Assembly (NCBI RefSeq): GCF_001194135.2
Contig: NC_068993.1
Span: forward strand, 450,468-514,467
Length of the DNA stretch: 64,000 nucleotides
Reading direction: 5' to 3'
Origin: Octopus bimaculoides
Lineage: Eukaryota
This document shows, in pieces, positions 52,701 to 61,373 of this stretch. Numbering within the stretch: the stretch's first letter is position 1; each line of letters opens with the position of its first letter. Position numbers and translations under genes: made by a program. Under the pieces are notes generated by a model. That model was not told the DNA's origin. It was given only the letters and a program-made list of their open reading frames with translations, and did no database searches.

Positions 52701-55088
52701 GACATGGATGGTTGTAACAGGTTGCTTTCTGATGTAGTAGGGAATGGTTTGAGAGAGTTTAGCTGCTACTTTTGAAAAAATCAAACGACCCTGCAGAGCA
52801 GGGGTCTCCAAAGTGGTCGATGGGACTATTCAAGGGAGTCGATGGTCTAAAAAGTTTGGGGACCCCAGCTGTAGAGGTTCCGTCACTGGTTCATTAGAGA
52901 TCCCAAGGTTTTAAGGTGGAGTGCAAACAGAAACACATGATGAGTCATTGATTCAGATTAAAGAATGAAAGAGGAAAATGTGGAGGAACCGTTGGAGCTC
53001 CAGTTGAGCTCTGATTGTGCAGAAAAGCCATAGGGTGTGTGATTTGGGTGGGGGGGAGATACCCTGCTATTTCTAGCAGGGCACCCCCTAGCATTGACTT
53101 GAAGGTTTCTGGTCTTCAATTAACAAAAACAAAGCAAACCAAATCTAATGGTTGTTTAGCCCTAGATCAATCCTGATCAAGCAGACCTATGGTTACATAT
53201 ATTTCAGCAACGACTGTCTCATGTCCTTCGTATTTTTAAGATAGTAAAGCATCATGTAAGGGATTTTGGCTGGTATTTTTAATAGGTCCATTGGCTCCTC
53301 TGTTACCTCAAGAAAATGTAACTAGGGTGCAGTGAAAGGGTCAGTCTACAGCATCAGATGATTTTCTAGGAGAGAGAGAGAGAGGGGGGAGGTTCTAATA
53401 AACATCCCTGTATATATGAACGAGACTAAAATATTTCTTATAAAGCAAGAAATATATATTGACATATTTCAATAAAAGTCTGTTAATAATAAATTGGATA
53501 ATTTTTGTTTTTGCTGAAATAATTCATGTGTAAATCTTTTTCTCCAACCATGTCCCATAAATATAATAACTTATTGATGAGTCTTAAGAACAGAGAACCT
53601 TGTGTTGCCATGGTATGTCACTTCTATAGTCTTTCTCTCTCTCTTCTACATATTATGGCAAATCGACTCTCTCCATTCCTCTCTCTACAAACTTTAAATG
53701 TTTGACGAAGAATTTAGGTGACTGACTGACGCACACACACACACACAGAGTTTTGATTAGTCTTGATTCTGAGAAAAGTATACGAATGTAGAAGAAAACT
53801 AAGCAAGTGGAAAGTCGACTGAAAAGTATTTTTGACAGATGTACAATTTTAGAGAGGTAAACGAAGTCGACGCTTTATATAAGTGGACGAAGGGACGTTG
53901 ATTAGCTGCTGGTCAACCCTCAGTAGAGGCATGATCAAAACATTCCAGCCATGACCATCCTCTCTTGGATCACATCATGTAGTCGAGTGTGATGTGAGGG
54001 CGATTAGCATCACAAGGAAATGATTAAGAAAATGAAACAGTAAACGACTTGATGATATTCCTTAAAATTACCGTTATTTGAAACAAAAAGCGTATTAATC
54101 ACTGATTGATGACATGAAGAGGCACTTCAAAATATTTTAGTTAACAGAAGGGATTTAATACGAGAAGTGTTTTAATAAAACATTATATAAGAGCAAGTTA
54201 TTTCCTCAAACCATCAAAAAAGCGCCAGCACCACCAAAGAGAAATGTCATCATACAAACAACACAGAAATTCTATTTATAGCTGCCACAATTAAATAAAT
54301 ATGGAATTTTATCGAAAACAAAACGAAGATTCAGTAAATATTTGTCTATGAGAGAATCGTCTGTTGAAATGCCACGTTCTTGGAGTTGTATTGATGACAA
54401 CCCACGAGAAATATTGGACTTGGTGAAAGATCTGTCAAGATATGCGAAAATCAAACCCAATAACAGCAGATTCTATGAAATGGCAAAATTATATCTAATC
54501 TATCTATCTATCTATCTGTCTATCCATCTATCCGTCTATCTATTTATCTATCAACCTATCTATCTTTATATACGATTACGAGAATTACCATTTATTAGGG
54601 TAGGTCATAATTAACAGCTAATTCGTAGAACAGTGAAATATTCAAAGAGAAAATAGTTCCAAAAATGGTAATTTGGATCAATGGTAAGACACTAATATGA
54701 TTGAGTGTTTATAAAGTAAATCTAACGTTTGTGTGCCTTAAAACTATGTACACAGTTGCTAGGAAGACTAATAATGGGTGGTACTTTGATGTTTCTAGAG
54801 ACAAGATTTGACGATCTATGGACAAGATTTATCAAAAAGACAGTAATTAAGAGAATAACATTGCTTTAAATTTAGTTTCTATGAAATGACAGATTCTGAA
54901 TTTGAGTATTTTAAAAGAATGTCAATCTAATTTAATTCTAGATGAATAGATCAAGAAAGAAAACGGCCAAAAAGTTGAGTAAGCAAATGTCCAAAGTCTA
55001 TAAAAGAGAGAAGAGAGATTGTGTAATTAATAATAATTAAGCAACTTACCCATTTAATTAACATTGAATAAGAGTAGGTTCGGTCCAT
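18570..55088 (-). CDS. hook: Hook microtubule-tethering protein / dynein-dynactin activating adaptor (co-ortholog of HOOK1/2/3); whole gene span, 22 coding exons, 716 aa
   Basis: 22 GT-AG exons join in consistent phase to 2151 nt with no internal stop. The product has an N-terminal Hook domain (LQLILVCA...MEESVQQVVM), long coiled coils and the Hook C-terminal motifs EEEKLIITAWYNL and SGQSFLTKQRQ. Confidence 0.95.
18968..19210 (-). mobile_element. RTE-related 3' UTR repeat copy
   Basis: Shares ctggatgcc(c)ttcctaac(a/g)ccaaccac with 11500-11560, 48740 and 50180. Confidence 0.6.
19212..19346 (-). mobile_element. tRNA-derived SINE, family A (5' part)
   Basis: gagctggcagagtcgttagcac head, gagttcaaattcc B box, gcc...catcctttcagggtc central domain. 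Confidence 0.75.
19551..19622 (-). CDS. hook: Hook exon 21 (KDYEKSKVMREEEEKLIITAWYNL)
   Basis: tttacag acceptor, gtgagt donor, 72 nt. Confidence 0.95.
20505..20609 (-). CDS. hook: Hook exon 20 (VFKSLDIKQNPASGPEVQALRNQLDEKQKLIDHLE)
   Basis: tttttag acceptor, gtttga donor, 105 nt. Confidence 0.94.
21265..21571 (-). CDS. hook: Hook exon 19 (LSRQKNLEQQ...KKMEEMYRRYLQKAKA)
   Basis: ttctgtag acceptor, gtaaga donor, 307 nt, KKD..LKKMEE.Y..YL.KAK motif. Confidence 0.95.
21968..22105 (-). CDS. hook: Hook exon 18 (EKLMRLAIENRDLK...NELEADL)
   Basis: attccag acceptor, gtaacc donor, 138 nt, EKL.RL..EN motif. Confidence 0.93.
22543..22660 (-). mobile_element. tRNA-derived SINE, family B
   Basis: Shares taagaagtttgctt...ggttcaatcccactg...aagtgtct...actatag with 63441-63608. 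Confidence 0.65.
23490..23830 (+). mobile_element. Decayed RTE LINE ORF C-terminal fragment
   Basis: RSLMLHGCESWVLN and G.CRRG...TWDEVVKTD motifs. Confidence 0.55.
25068..25225 (-). CDS. hook: Hook exon 17 (KLENERDAMKEVIEE...MLSIPLNI)
   Basis: tttttcag acceptor, gtacgt donor, 158 nt. Confidence 0.9.
26327..26491 (-). CDS. hook: Hook exon 16 (ELRKFTQQKSQLDLM...LTNLQKEKE)
   Basis: aatgcag acceptor, gtagtt donor, 165 nt, coiled coil with RADK and LQKEKE. Confidence 0.92.
27032..27151. promoter_or_regulatory. Candidate intronic enhancer: perfect DR1 (AGGTCA-C-AGGTCA, 27069-27081) between two CCAAT boxes, with a Forkhead site
   Basis: CCAAT at 27032 and 27103, TGTAAACA at 27144. Motif evidence only. 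Confidence 0.4.
27848..27933 (-). CDS. hook: Hook exon 15 (EMGELRNKVNELHESNNKHIEEKISMET)
   Basis: ttgcag acceptor, gttggt donor, 86 nt, phases fit both neighbours. Confidence 0.85.
28128..28170 (-). CDS. hook: Hook exon 14 (ARNETLIQSYKRKL)
   Basis: atttcag acceptor, gtaaga donor, 43 nt, SYK.KL motif. Confidence 0.88.
28800..28930 (-). mobile_element. tRNA-derived SINE, family B
   Basis: Similar to 63441-63608 (ggttcagtcccactgcac...gacaaatgtcttttactatagcc). Confidence 0.7.
29182..29265 (-). CDS. hook: Hook exon 13 (NIELNQQADEARSLKDEVDELRYLASQQ)
   Basis: tatccag acceptor, gtaaga donor, 84 nt, EARSLKDE.D.LR motif. Confidence 0.93.
29513..29577 (-). CDS. hook: Hook exon 12 (RDNCIARLDIMTEEFRDLQQK)
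   Basis: gttaacag acceptor, gttatt donor, 65 nt. Bridges phase 1 to phase 0. Confidence 0.85.
29910..29989 (-). CDS. hook: Hook exon 11 (TPAGRRCQQLQRQTERLQEEVLKLES)
   Basis: ttgcag acceptor, gtaaga donor, 80 nt, PAGRR motif. Confidence 0.93.
31018..31112 (-). CDS. hook: Hook exon 10 (MTSLQDEKITLSSEVDRLSERLNQAENLDDP)
   Basis: ttgttag acceptor, gtaagc donor, 95 nt. Confidence 0.93.
31613..31696 (-). CDS. hook: Hook exon 9 (LRRTLDELRNVKEANEELTKRCHFLDEQ)
   Basis: ttcttcag acceptor, gttagt donor, 84 nt, RCH.LD.Q motif. Confidence 0.93.
33012..33071 (-). CDS. hook: Hook exon 8, candidate extra or cassette linker exon (NFDPEDNVDGSYQLGRADDQ)
   Basis: tttttag acceptor, CAG|gtttgt donor, 60 nt, phase 0/0, open frame. 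Its end resembles the ...DLDRQ before the first coiled coil. Confidence 0.6.
35694..35771. repeat. Perfect 33-bp inverted repeat with a 12-nt loop
   Basis: aagagtgtgtgtaaatcattttagcttgcatga / tcatgcaagctaaaatgatttacacacactctt. Confidence 0.95.
37913..37969 (-). CDS. hook: Hook exon 7 (VVNEDGTSSMNDSFSAISD)
   Basis: aattag acceptor, gtaagt donor, 57 nt, phase 0/0. Linker after the Hook domain. Confidence 0.75.
38887..39032 (-). CDS. hook: Hook exon 6 (ETSSMKELVSFLQLILVCAMYCEENTHIHQIMEMEESVQQVVMQLLKE)
   Basis: tttag acceptor, gtaaac donor, 146 nt. Encodes the Hook-domain C-terminal helices. Confidence 0.95.
39956..40007 (-). CDS. hook: Hook exon 5 (LPNLRNRGFPLPDINAI)
   Basis: ctttccag acceptor, gtaag donor, 52 nt, LPD.N.I motif. 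Confidence 0.88.
40894..40996. repeat. 45-bp tandem duplication (about 2.3 units)
   Basis: gttattccatata recurs at 40894, 40939 and 40984. Confidence 0.92.
41061..41245 (+). repeat. Representative copy of a very abundant interspersed repeat (family C, agaaatagcagccaaatctccc...ggatggtcatggctggaatgcc...gctaaacaac)
   Basis: Related copies near 295, 640-770, 3520-3700, 10395-10600, 14060-14240, 19945, 25960, 39380-39545, 45180-45360, 48370-48570, 49140-49290, 53040-53290, 53900, 57200-57310 and 59090-59270. Confidence 0.75.
41367..41417 (-). CDS. hook: Hook exon 4 (AANLQKILSRVQEFFSS)
   Basis: ttttcag acceptor, gtaagt donor, 51 nt. Confidence 0.9.
41740..41941 (+). mobile_element. tRNA-derived SINE, family A
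   Basis: B box gagttcaaattct and central gcctttcgtcctttcagggtcgataaa domain. Confidence 0.75.
42506..42578 (-). CDS. hook: Hook exon 3 (DPKFFHDQWLMSMYSDPGNNRKQR)
   Basis: ctcctag acceptor, gtaact donor, 73 nt, phase-compatible with both neighbours. Confidence 0.9.
43310..43920 (+). mobile_element. RTE-clade LINE APE endonuclease fragment (pseudogenised)
   Basis: ERIITARF, LTVIHVYAPT, GDMNAKVG, NRDGERLLEFC..NDL, FPHKDIHKNTWTSPD and ADV..DHQLV motifs, with frameshifts. Confidence 0.88.
43930..44975 (-). mobile_element. Decayed non-LTR retrotransposon RT fragment, CRE-like
   Basis: AAHAARHY, LKRDFRNAFNSI, GVPYGGPVGLLLF, YLDDAT, ILGSP and QPVHFGGLGL motifs in RT order, with several stops. Confidence 0.75.
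46380..46465 (-). CDS. hook: Hook exon 2 (LDTFNIEAPYHNTEELSTGIAMSQILNK)
   Basis: ctcag acceptor, gtaagt donor, 86 nt, clear Hook-domain similarity. Confidence 0.93.
46890..46990 (-). mobile_element. tRNA-derived SINE, family B (partial)
   Basis: ggctatagtagaagacacttagacaaggcgctgtgcagggggatcgaacc. Confidence 0.65.
48617..48775 (-). mobile_element. RTE-related 3' tail copy with (GAT)n end
   Basis: (CAT)n-ttaatgtc...ccatgctggcatgggttggacag is the reverse complement of the 11560-11670 tail. Confidence 0.7.
50581..50812 (-). mobile_element. Near full-length tRNA-derived SINE, family A
   Basis: ggcgagctagcagaatcgttag head, gagttcaaattctgcc B box, gcctttcatcctttaggggtcgat central domain and A-rich tail. 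Confidence 0.85.
51900..52015 (-). mobile_element. tRNA-derived SINE, family B (degenerate)
   Basis: gggctatagtagaagac...tgtttgggaagcaagcctcttaaccacac. Confidence 0.6.
52799..52868. mobile_element. 70-bp non-autonomous hAT (Charlie-like) MITE
   Basis: TIRs CAGGGGTCTCCAAA / TTTGGGGACCCCAG, and an 8-bp TSD CTGCAGAG / CTGTAGAG (7/8). Confidence 0.8.
55050..55088 (-). CDS. hook: Hook exon 1 (MDRTYSYSMLIKW)
   Basis: ATG at 55088, TGG|gtaagt donor, phase 0. Matches the Hook N-terminal ...L..W motif. Confidence 0.8.
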
Positions 55089-56238
55089 TCTGTCAGTTTA
55101 TTGACAATGTAGTCAGTTTAATTCTTTTGTAGACTAATATATATTAAAGTATAGAGTTATTAGCGAGCATCCCTGGAGGTTTTTATGATTTCAAGACGTT
55201 TTGTGGAAGTCGACGATTTGGCTGATGACAACGACCTGTTAAATGTATGGAGTATTAACTTTGTCATAAACATTACTTCACACAACAAGATACAACATCA
55301 ATACTGACTTCATGTTACCAGTAAATAGATATAAATATCAAAATGATGTAAAAAATAATAGCACATAGATTTATGCTTTTGTATTGTATTTAAACATTTT
55401 TCAATACTTGTATGAAAGCTGACAGAATATATTGCACGAGAAGCTTTCCGTATTTTTTCGTCAGCCTGAAATGAAGCAAATATAAAAGAAAATAAAAAGG
55501 TTGTTTTTTCAAGGGAGATAACTGTAGCGAGTTCCGTTCTGACCAAAAACCGAAGACTTTCAAGTTTTGGGGTAGAATTATTTATTAATCATCGTCTTAA
55601 TTCATTGAATATCTCTCTCTCTATATATATATATATATAAATGGCTATTGAACTACTTTATTAGTTTATAGAGCTTATAATCAGTTGTAAACTTGGCAAC
55701 AGAAACTGAAAATGTTAGTAGTTTGTTGTTTGAGCAACTTATGTTTTGTAGTAAACAAGACTTTGTGTAAATTACAAACTTATTTTGTCACAATGTTATA
55801 AATATTTAACTTATTTCATATATTTCTCTTACAGAGATGTTGTTTATTAAGGAGTTTAAAATATTTTATATTTTTTAATACTAAATGTCAACAAGGTGTT
55901 TGCTCAAAGAAAGTTGCAAGTTTAAATAGTGAGGAGAAAGTTTTTCTATTTCTGACAAGTCTTTCTAATTAAACGTGTCACAAACGATGTTCTCTTGTCA
56001 TTCACAGCGTTTAATTAAAGACAAAACTTGACAACTTTCTTTCTTTACATTTTACAAAGCCTTTTAATGTCATTCTCCTTGCCGTTTTCTGGACCAGTTT
56101 GTAAAATAAATTGAAGCTATAAATTTAATCTACAGTTGGTTTATAATTACTGTAAAATTAGAAACCTATTTCTTCTAAACCTGTAAAGCAACACAGTTCT
56201 GAAGTTCTTTCTACTGTTTCTTCTCTCTTGGATTAGAA
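55089..56238. promoter_or_regulatory. Head-to-head hook/RNF170 interval: probable bidirectional promoter, both 5' UTRs and a non-coding first RNF170 exon plus intron
   Basis: Divergent ATGs are 1150 bp apart. The RNF170 ATG lies 2 nt after a pyrimidine-rich acceptor (ttctctcttggattag|aaATG), implying an upstream non-coding exon. The TSSs cannot be located from sequence. Confidence 0.6.
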
Positions 56239-56345
56239 ATGTCATCAACTTTCCTTGAAGGCGTTGGCGATGAAGTCATCTATGCATGTCTCCTCACTAT
56301 ATTGCCATTCATTCTAATTACAATTTTTGCGACCATGAAAAAACG
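56239..56345 (+). CDS. RNF170: RNF170 coding exon 1 ([35 protein letters not shown])
   Basis: EGV.D.V motif plus TM helix, CG|gtgag donor. Confidence 0.9.
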
Positions 56346-59300
56346 GTGAGCTATTGTCACTTTATATAAGTTGATAGTAAAAATAACTGATTCATTTCTG
56401 TTGTTAGTTCATTTCATAAATAAACATCTATTAATATTTCATCGTGCACTCCTTGCCTCGCCCTCAACTTTTATAACACATCTGCCCACATTTTACTTTA
56501 ATATAATTATGCATCGGTAGGTATCTATTTTCGGCCTGCTAGGGGAGTACTACACATCTGCCAAAGAGGGTAATTTTCCGGATAATACTTCCTGCTCTTG
56601 CACTTCCATGATATATTCTGGTCATCAACCTAGATATGTGATCAACAGAAACGACCAGAAAGTTTCTGCATCTATTTTTTGAGTAATAATTATTCGGTTC
56701 AGCATCATACTAGTGTAAAACGTGTCTACGTGGATGATCCTCTCATCATTTTGAAACCGATAGATATCTCAACTTCTTCCTTAACAAAAATGTCTTGATT
56801 ACCTCACACACTTATTCTCAGTTTGACAAAAATATATTCTGCCGGACTGACGGTTCTGCATGAAGAATCTTGATTCTCAGATTCCTTGTTTTGAGTGGCC
56901 TGACACTTCCATGAATGTATGTGCGTGTGTGTGTGTGTGTGTGTGTATATATACACATACATATATCTATGTGTGTGTTTACATATGTATGTATGCATTT
57001 CGGTGATGTATTTCTTTGACAAGTGATTTGATTTGATTTCATGTATTAAATAACTGGCAGAAGAATCAGGAAAACCATTTTATATAACACACGCACATTC
57101 TTTAGTTTTATGTCTTGATTAGTATTATGACAATAAAGGGTTATCGAAATGTATTTTATACTGGAAAGGAGTGTCAGAAATTGTTCTATACTATAAAGGG
57201 TTGTCAAAAGAACGTTTTTAGACAGCATCGTCTGAGACAAGGTGGATCAAGGCTGTAATAGCTTTGATCCTGGACCTGCTTGATCTGGGTTGGAACTGGA
57301 ACAACAACAAGAACATTTTAAATCATATATATATATGATTGATGGCAGCGGTTCGACGAGTCTTACCCAGAACAGTGTTTACCATTTATTGTGGTGCCTT
57401 GTCTGCCTTCTGAGTTCAGTCATTTCCTCCCACCTCTTCCTTTTTTACAGGTTCTTTCTCTTTGGATAATTTGGCCCCTCTTCATGCACATCAACATTTC
57501 CTTACCTGTACAGTTTTCTCTTTTGCCACAACTGATTTGGTGCACATTTTTAACCCCAGATCACTTCTTTGAGAAAGAACACAAAAACCACAGCCAAATA
57601 TTGCTATTAGATGTTGGTTTTAATCATTTCATTTTAATGTTACAAATTACAAATATTGGTTTCCAATTTTGGCTCAAGGCCAGCAATTTTGGGGATGGGG
57701 GATGATGGAATTGACCCTGAAAGGATGAAGGGCAAAGTTGACCTGGCAGCACTGAACTCAGAATGTAAAGTCAGAAGAAATGCTGCTTAGCATTTTGTCC
57801 AAAGCAGTAATGATTCTGCCAGCTCATTACCTTCTACTAATTACAAATATTACCAAAATCAGTCACAAACATTTTAACCATTTCAAGTATATTGTCATAA
57901 TTGTGAGAAAAAAAAAAAAAAAACTTTGAGACTCTTTTATTTTTTATGCTTTAACCTCGTTTTGCAGGTGTTTGAATATTTTGGTATTTGTTGTTCTGAA
58001 TGCTATTAATAATTTGGGATTCAAAATGACTGAAGTATCTTTTCGATGATGTCTTGATTAAAACCAAAAATAAATATGTTAATGTCTTGTCTGTTTCATT
58101 TATATTTTAGTTATAACCATCAAATAATCCATCCTGATAGTCTAGAAAATGTTCAAACTGCCCGAGAACACTTGAACCGTGTCCCTATAAGCAATCCTAA
58201 TCGAAGACAAAATGAATCGAATTGTCCTGTTTGTCTTGATGATCTTTCTTTTGGAGTTGAAACAAATTGCGGTCATGTATTTTGTGGTAAGTCAAATTCC
58301 AGATCACATTTTACAGTCTGCTTTTAATGATATAATCCAAACTCACAGACAACTGATGAAGATAATGTATATTTTTGTCTTTTCCTGGCTGACCCTCAAG
58401 CCCACTCGCCTTGAAGTTTCTCTCGGGTGGTCTACCTCATCTTGCATGTTTTGCAGGTGATGTGACAGCCAATTAAAGTAAATGCAATTAGATAAAAATA
58501 AATGATTTGTTGTTTGTGTTTATAAATGGAGAAGGGTTAAGTGTTTATGTAATTAAGGGCAGGATTAATGTTTACAGCTTAGCTTATTAACTGGATTAAG
58601 AAGATTTTCGTTAGTCAATATAATATTGATCAGTTAGGTTAGATTTTAATAAACAACACTATTGATTAGATATATTTATTAAATTTTGATAATCAATACT
58701 GCATTGATTTCTAACTTTAACCCTAGGCTACATATTGAGGAGGTGGGGTACAATGGTGGGGAGTAGGCATTTCTATTCTCATTCCATTCACATTTTGGTA
58801 TTTTGTGAGGTAGGCTGGAAGTATAGTTCATGAAATCCACTTGTAATTATCAAGTATTTTATATTCTCATTTATAGTGTATACCCATATCTTTTTGTAGC
58901 AGCTACCCTTATTTACAGTTGTACCTTTATCATTTATAACATCTACCCTTATAATTTATAGTATGTATCTTTCTTTAGAGAGTACACCCTTATTTATTGT
59001 ATCTACCCTTACAACATTTTGTCCTAATAGTTCAGCTGTTTATGGTGGTTGTTATTGTTTTTAGACACTTTTATAGAGAAGTGGGTGGGGGATGGGGTAA
59101 CCCCAGGTCTGCTCTGTAATAGAGACAAACCTATAACCAAAGGCATTCCAGTGATGACCATCCTGTCTTTTATTCAGGACTATATCATTCAATATCTATT
59201 TTCCTTTTAAGACAGAAGGGAAATAATTTAAAGGGGACAAAGCTGTTGTTTTTAACATTTCCAGTGAGCCAGGTAGAGGTTCAATCACCAGGAGTGTTGT

Positions 59301-59486
59301 TGTTACAAGGACACGGAGATATGAAACGTTTTCTTAAGTATTTGTCAGCTGATGTATTGCTGTAGCTGGGCAAGTTATTGTCACTTTACAAACACTTCAA
59401 CTGCTTACTCTTGTCTTAGAATCAAACCAATTTATTCATTAAGATACAACATATTTATTGCACTAATTACTTATGTCATCATTTCT

Positions 59487-59527
<41 letters not shown>

Positions 59528-61373
59528 AAACTATGTCTACATACATACATACACATCCATATATACATACATATATACACATATATATACACATATATAC
59601 CCATTGTTTACTTTTAGCTAGCTGCATCATTGCTTACTGGCATTATGGATCATGGCTAGGTGGAATTAAGTGTCCGGTTTGTAGGCAAAAGGTAAGTTTG
59701 ACTACAGAACGGATTCCATTTTTGACATAAAACAATTGATTTATTGTGTTGAAAATTGTTGAAAAAAAGCTGAATTTAAAGATATTCGTAAACGTTGAAG
59801 TCATCAACTTCTCTTGTATCAGTTATATTTTAAATTTATTTTTTTATGCAAAACAATATTTTCTAAAAACAAATCATTAAGTTGGTGTTAACGTAGCTTG
59901 ATTTAGTGAATCAAGAAGGTTTTATATAATTAGATTGTTAATTATAGTAATTGTTAATTATAGTAAGTTTATTTTTTTTTTGCCCAGTACAATGTGACTT
60001 AAAATGCTAAAAGCTTAAAAAAGTTTAGCCATCAGTCACAGACGAGTATGACGTGATAGCTTGGACCAGACTTTGGCCATTTGTTTTGGGTGTTTTATGT
60101 AGTTGTGGGTCAACATAGATACCTTGTTGTCCCTCCTTCACTTGACTTTGCTGAGCATGAAGGAGAGAGTGAGAAAGCTGCCTCAGTGTATGACTGTTAC
60201 TCATTTACAGCTGAGTAGACTGCAGCAACATGAAATAAAGTGCTTTGTTCCAGGATACAGCATGCTGTTGAATTCAGGAATTGAACCTATAACCTTATCT
60301 TTAGGCTGCACACCTTCACAGAAAATATAATGACCTCCCCGCTCCAATAATATATATTTTATCATTTTGTCTCTTTTGCTTAAATACTCAAATATAATGT
60401 TACCTGCCGCTAATATTTTTCTATTGAATTATAAACCTGTTGTGCATTGTATACATTAAGCTCAGTGTTGTAATTCTTAAATGTTGAATAATGAACTCTT
60501 GGCCTATAAAGGCAGGGGAGGCAACTCCAAATATGTTTGAATCGAATGTAAGATGCTTAGATTTTTTTGTATTTGTCACATTCTTTAATGATGCTTTGCT
60601 ATGACTCATTCCTGACGGACTCTGAATTTAATTTCTTTTTAGGTTACTCTTTTATTACTTTGTTTCACCGATGCAGAAACTCGTTCTACGACACAAGAAC
60701 GAGCTGATATACTTAATCAAATTCATGATTATAATCGAAGATTCTCAGGAGAACCTCGATCTGTAAGTAATTTTCAAACATTTACACTTTCAAAACGTCG
60801 TGCGTTGTTTTAGTCTCGGGTTTGTTCATGTTTGTATTTCTTCTTATACGGACTATGGTCTTTGCAAAGTTAACTTTTGAATTTGGATGTTGCTTCCACT
60901 CCTAGAATTTCTTTTCTAATTCTGCTATACAAACAAATTCATCTGTCTTAAGGGGTGAGACAACTTGGTTCTAAACATTGTCTTCACAGACACACATGTA
61001 AGATTGTGTGTGAGTGTATCACTACATGTATATATTTATTGATGTATTCGATTCCCTTCCAGCTTTTAATTCTTCAACACTTAATGCTTATTTTCTGTTA
61101 CAGATAATGGACTATCTCAATGATATCCCAACTCTTCTACGACACTGTCTACAAGAACTTTTCTCATGGAATGGACTTATGATAATATTTCGTATGCGAA
61201 TTACGATCTGTGCCGTATTTGGGATATGTTATCTTATTTCACCATTAGATATAATTCCTGAAGCTGCTTTCGGTTTGTTTGGACTCTTAGATGATGTCTT
61301 TGTTCTTTCTTTGATGGTTGTTTATATTACAATTGCTTACAGGGAACTGGTGGCCAACCGCTTAGGGGGTTGA
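56239..61373 (+). CDS. RNF170: E3 ubiquitin ligase RNF170 (ER-membrane RING finger); whole gene span, 5 coding exons, 248 aa
   Basis: Exons splice in phase to 747 nt. The product has an N-terminal TM helix, RING CPVC...[40 protein letters not shown] and the C-terminal [18 protein letters not shown] motif. Confidence 0.96.
57661..57833 (-). mobile_element. tRNA-derived SINE, family A
   Basis: Same head and central domain as 50581-50812. Confidence 0.72.
58111..58286 (+). CDS. RNF170: RNF170 coding exon 2 ([10 protein letters not shown]...[21 protein letters not shown])
   Basis: ttttag acceptor, gtaagt donor, 176 nt, first half of the RING. Confidence 0.95.
59618..59691 (+). CDS. RNF170: RNF170 coding exon 3 ([24 protein letters not shown])
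   Basis: cttttag acceptor, gtaagt donor, 74 nt. Confidence 0.96.
60643..60762 (+). CDS. RNF170: RNF170 coding exon 4 (VTLLLLCF...[14 protein letters not shown])
   Basis: tttttag acceptor, gtaagt donor, 120 nt. Confidence 0.96.
61104..61373 (+). CDS. RNF170: RNF170 coding exon 5, terminal ([14 protein letters not shown]...[11 protein letters not shown])
   Basis: gttacag acceptor, C-terminal TM region, TGA at 61371-61373. Confidence 0.96.
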   Translation: MMDYLNDIPTLLRHCLQELFSWNGLMIIFRMRITICAVFGICYLISPLDIIPEAAFGLFGLLDDVFVLSLMVVYITIAYRELVANRLGG

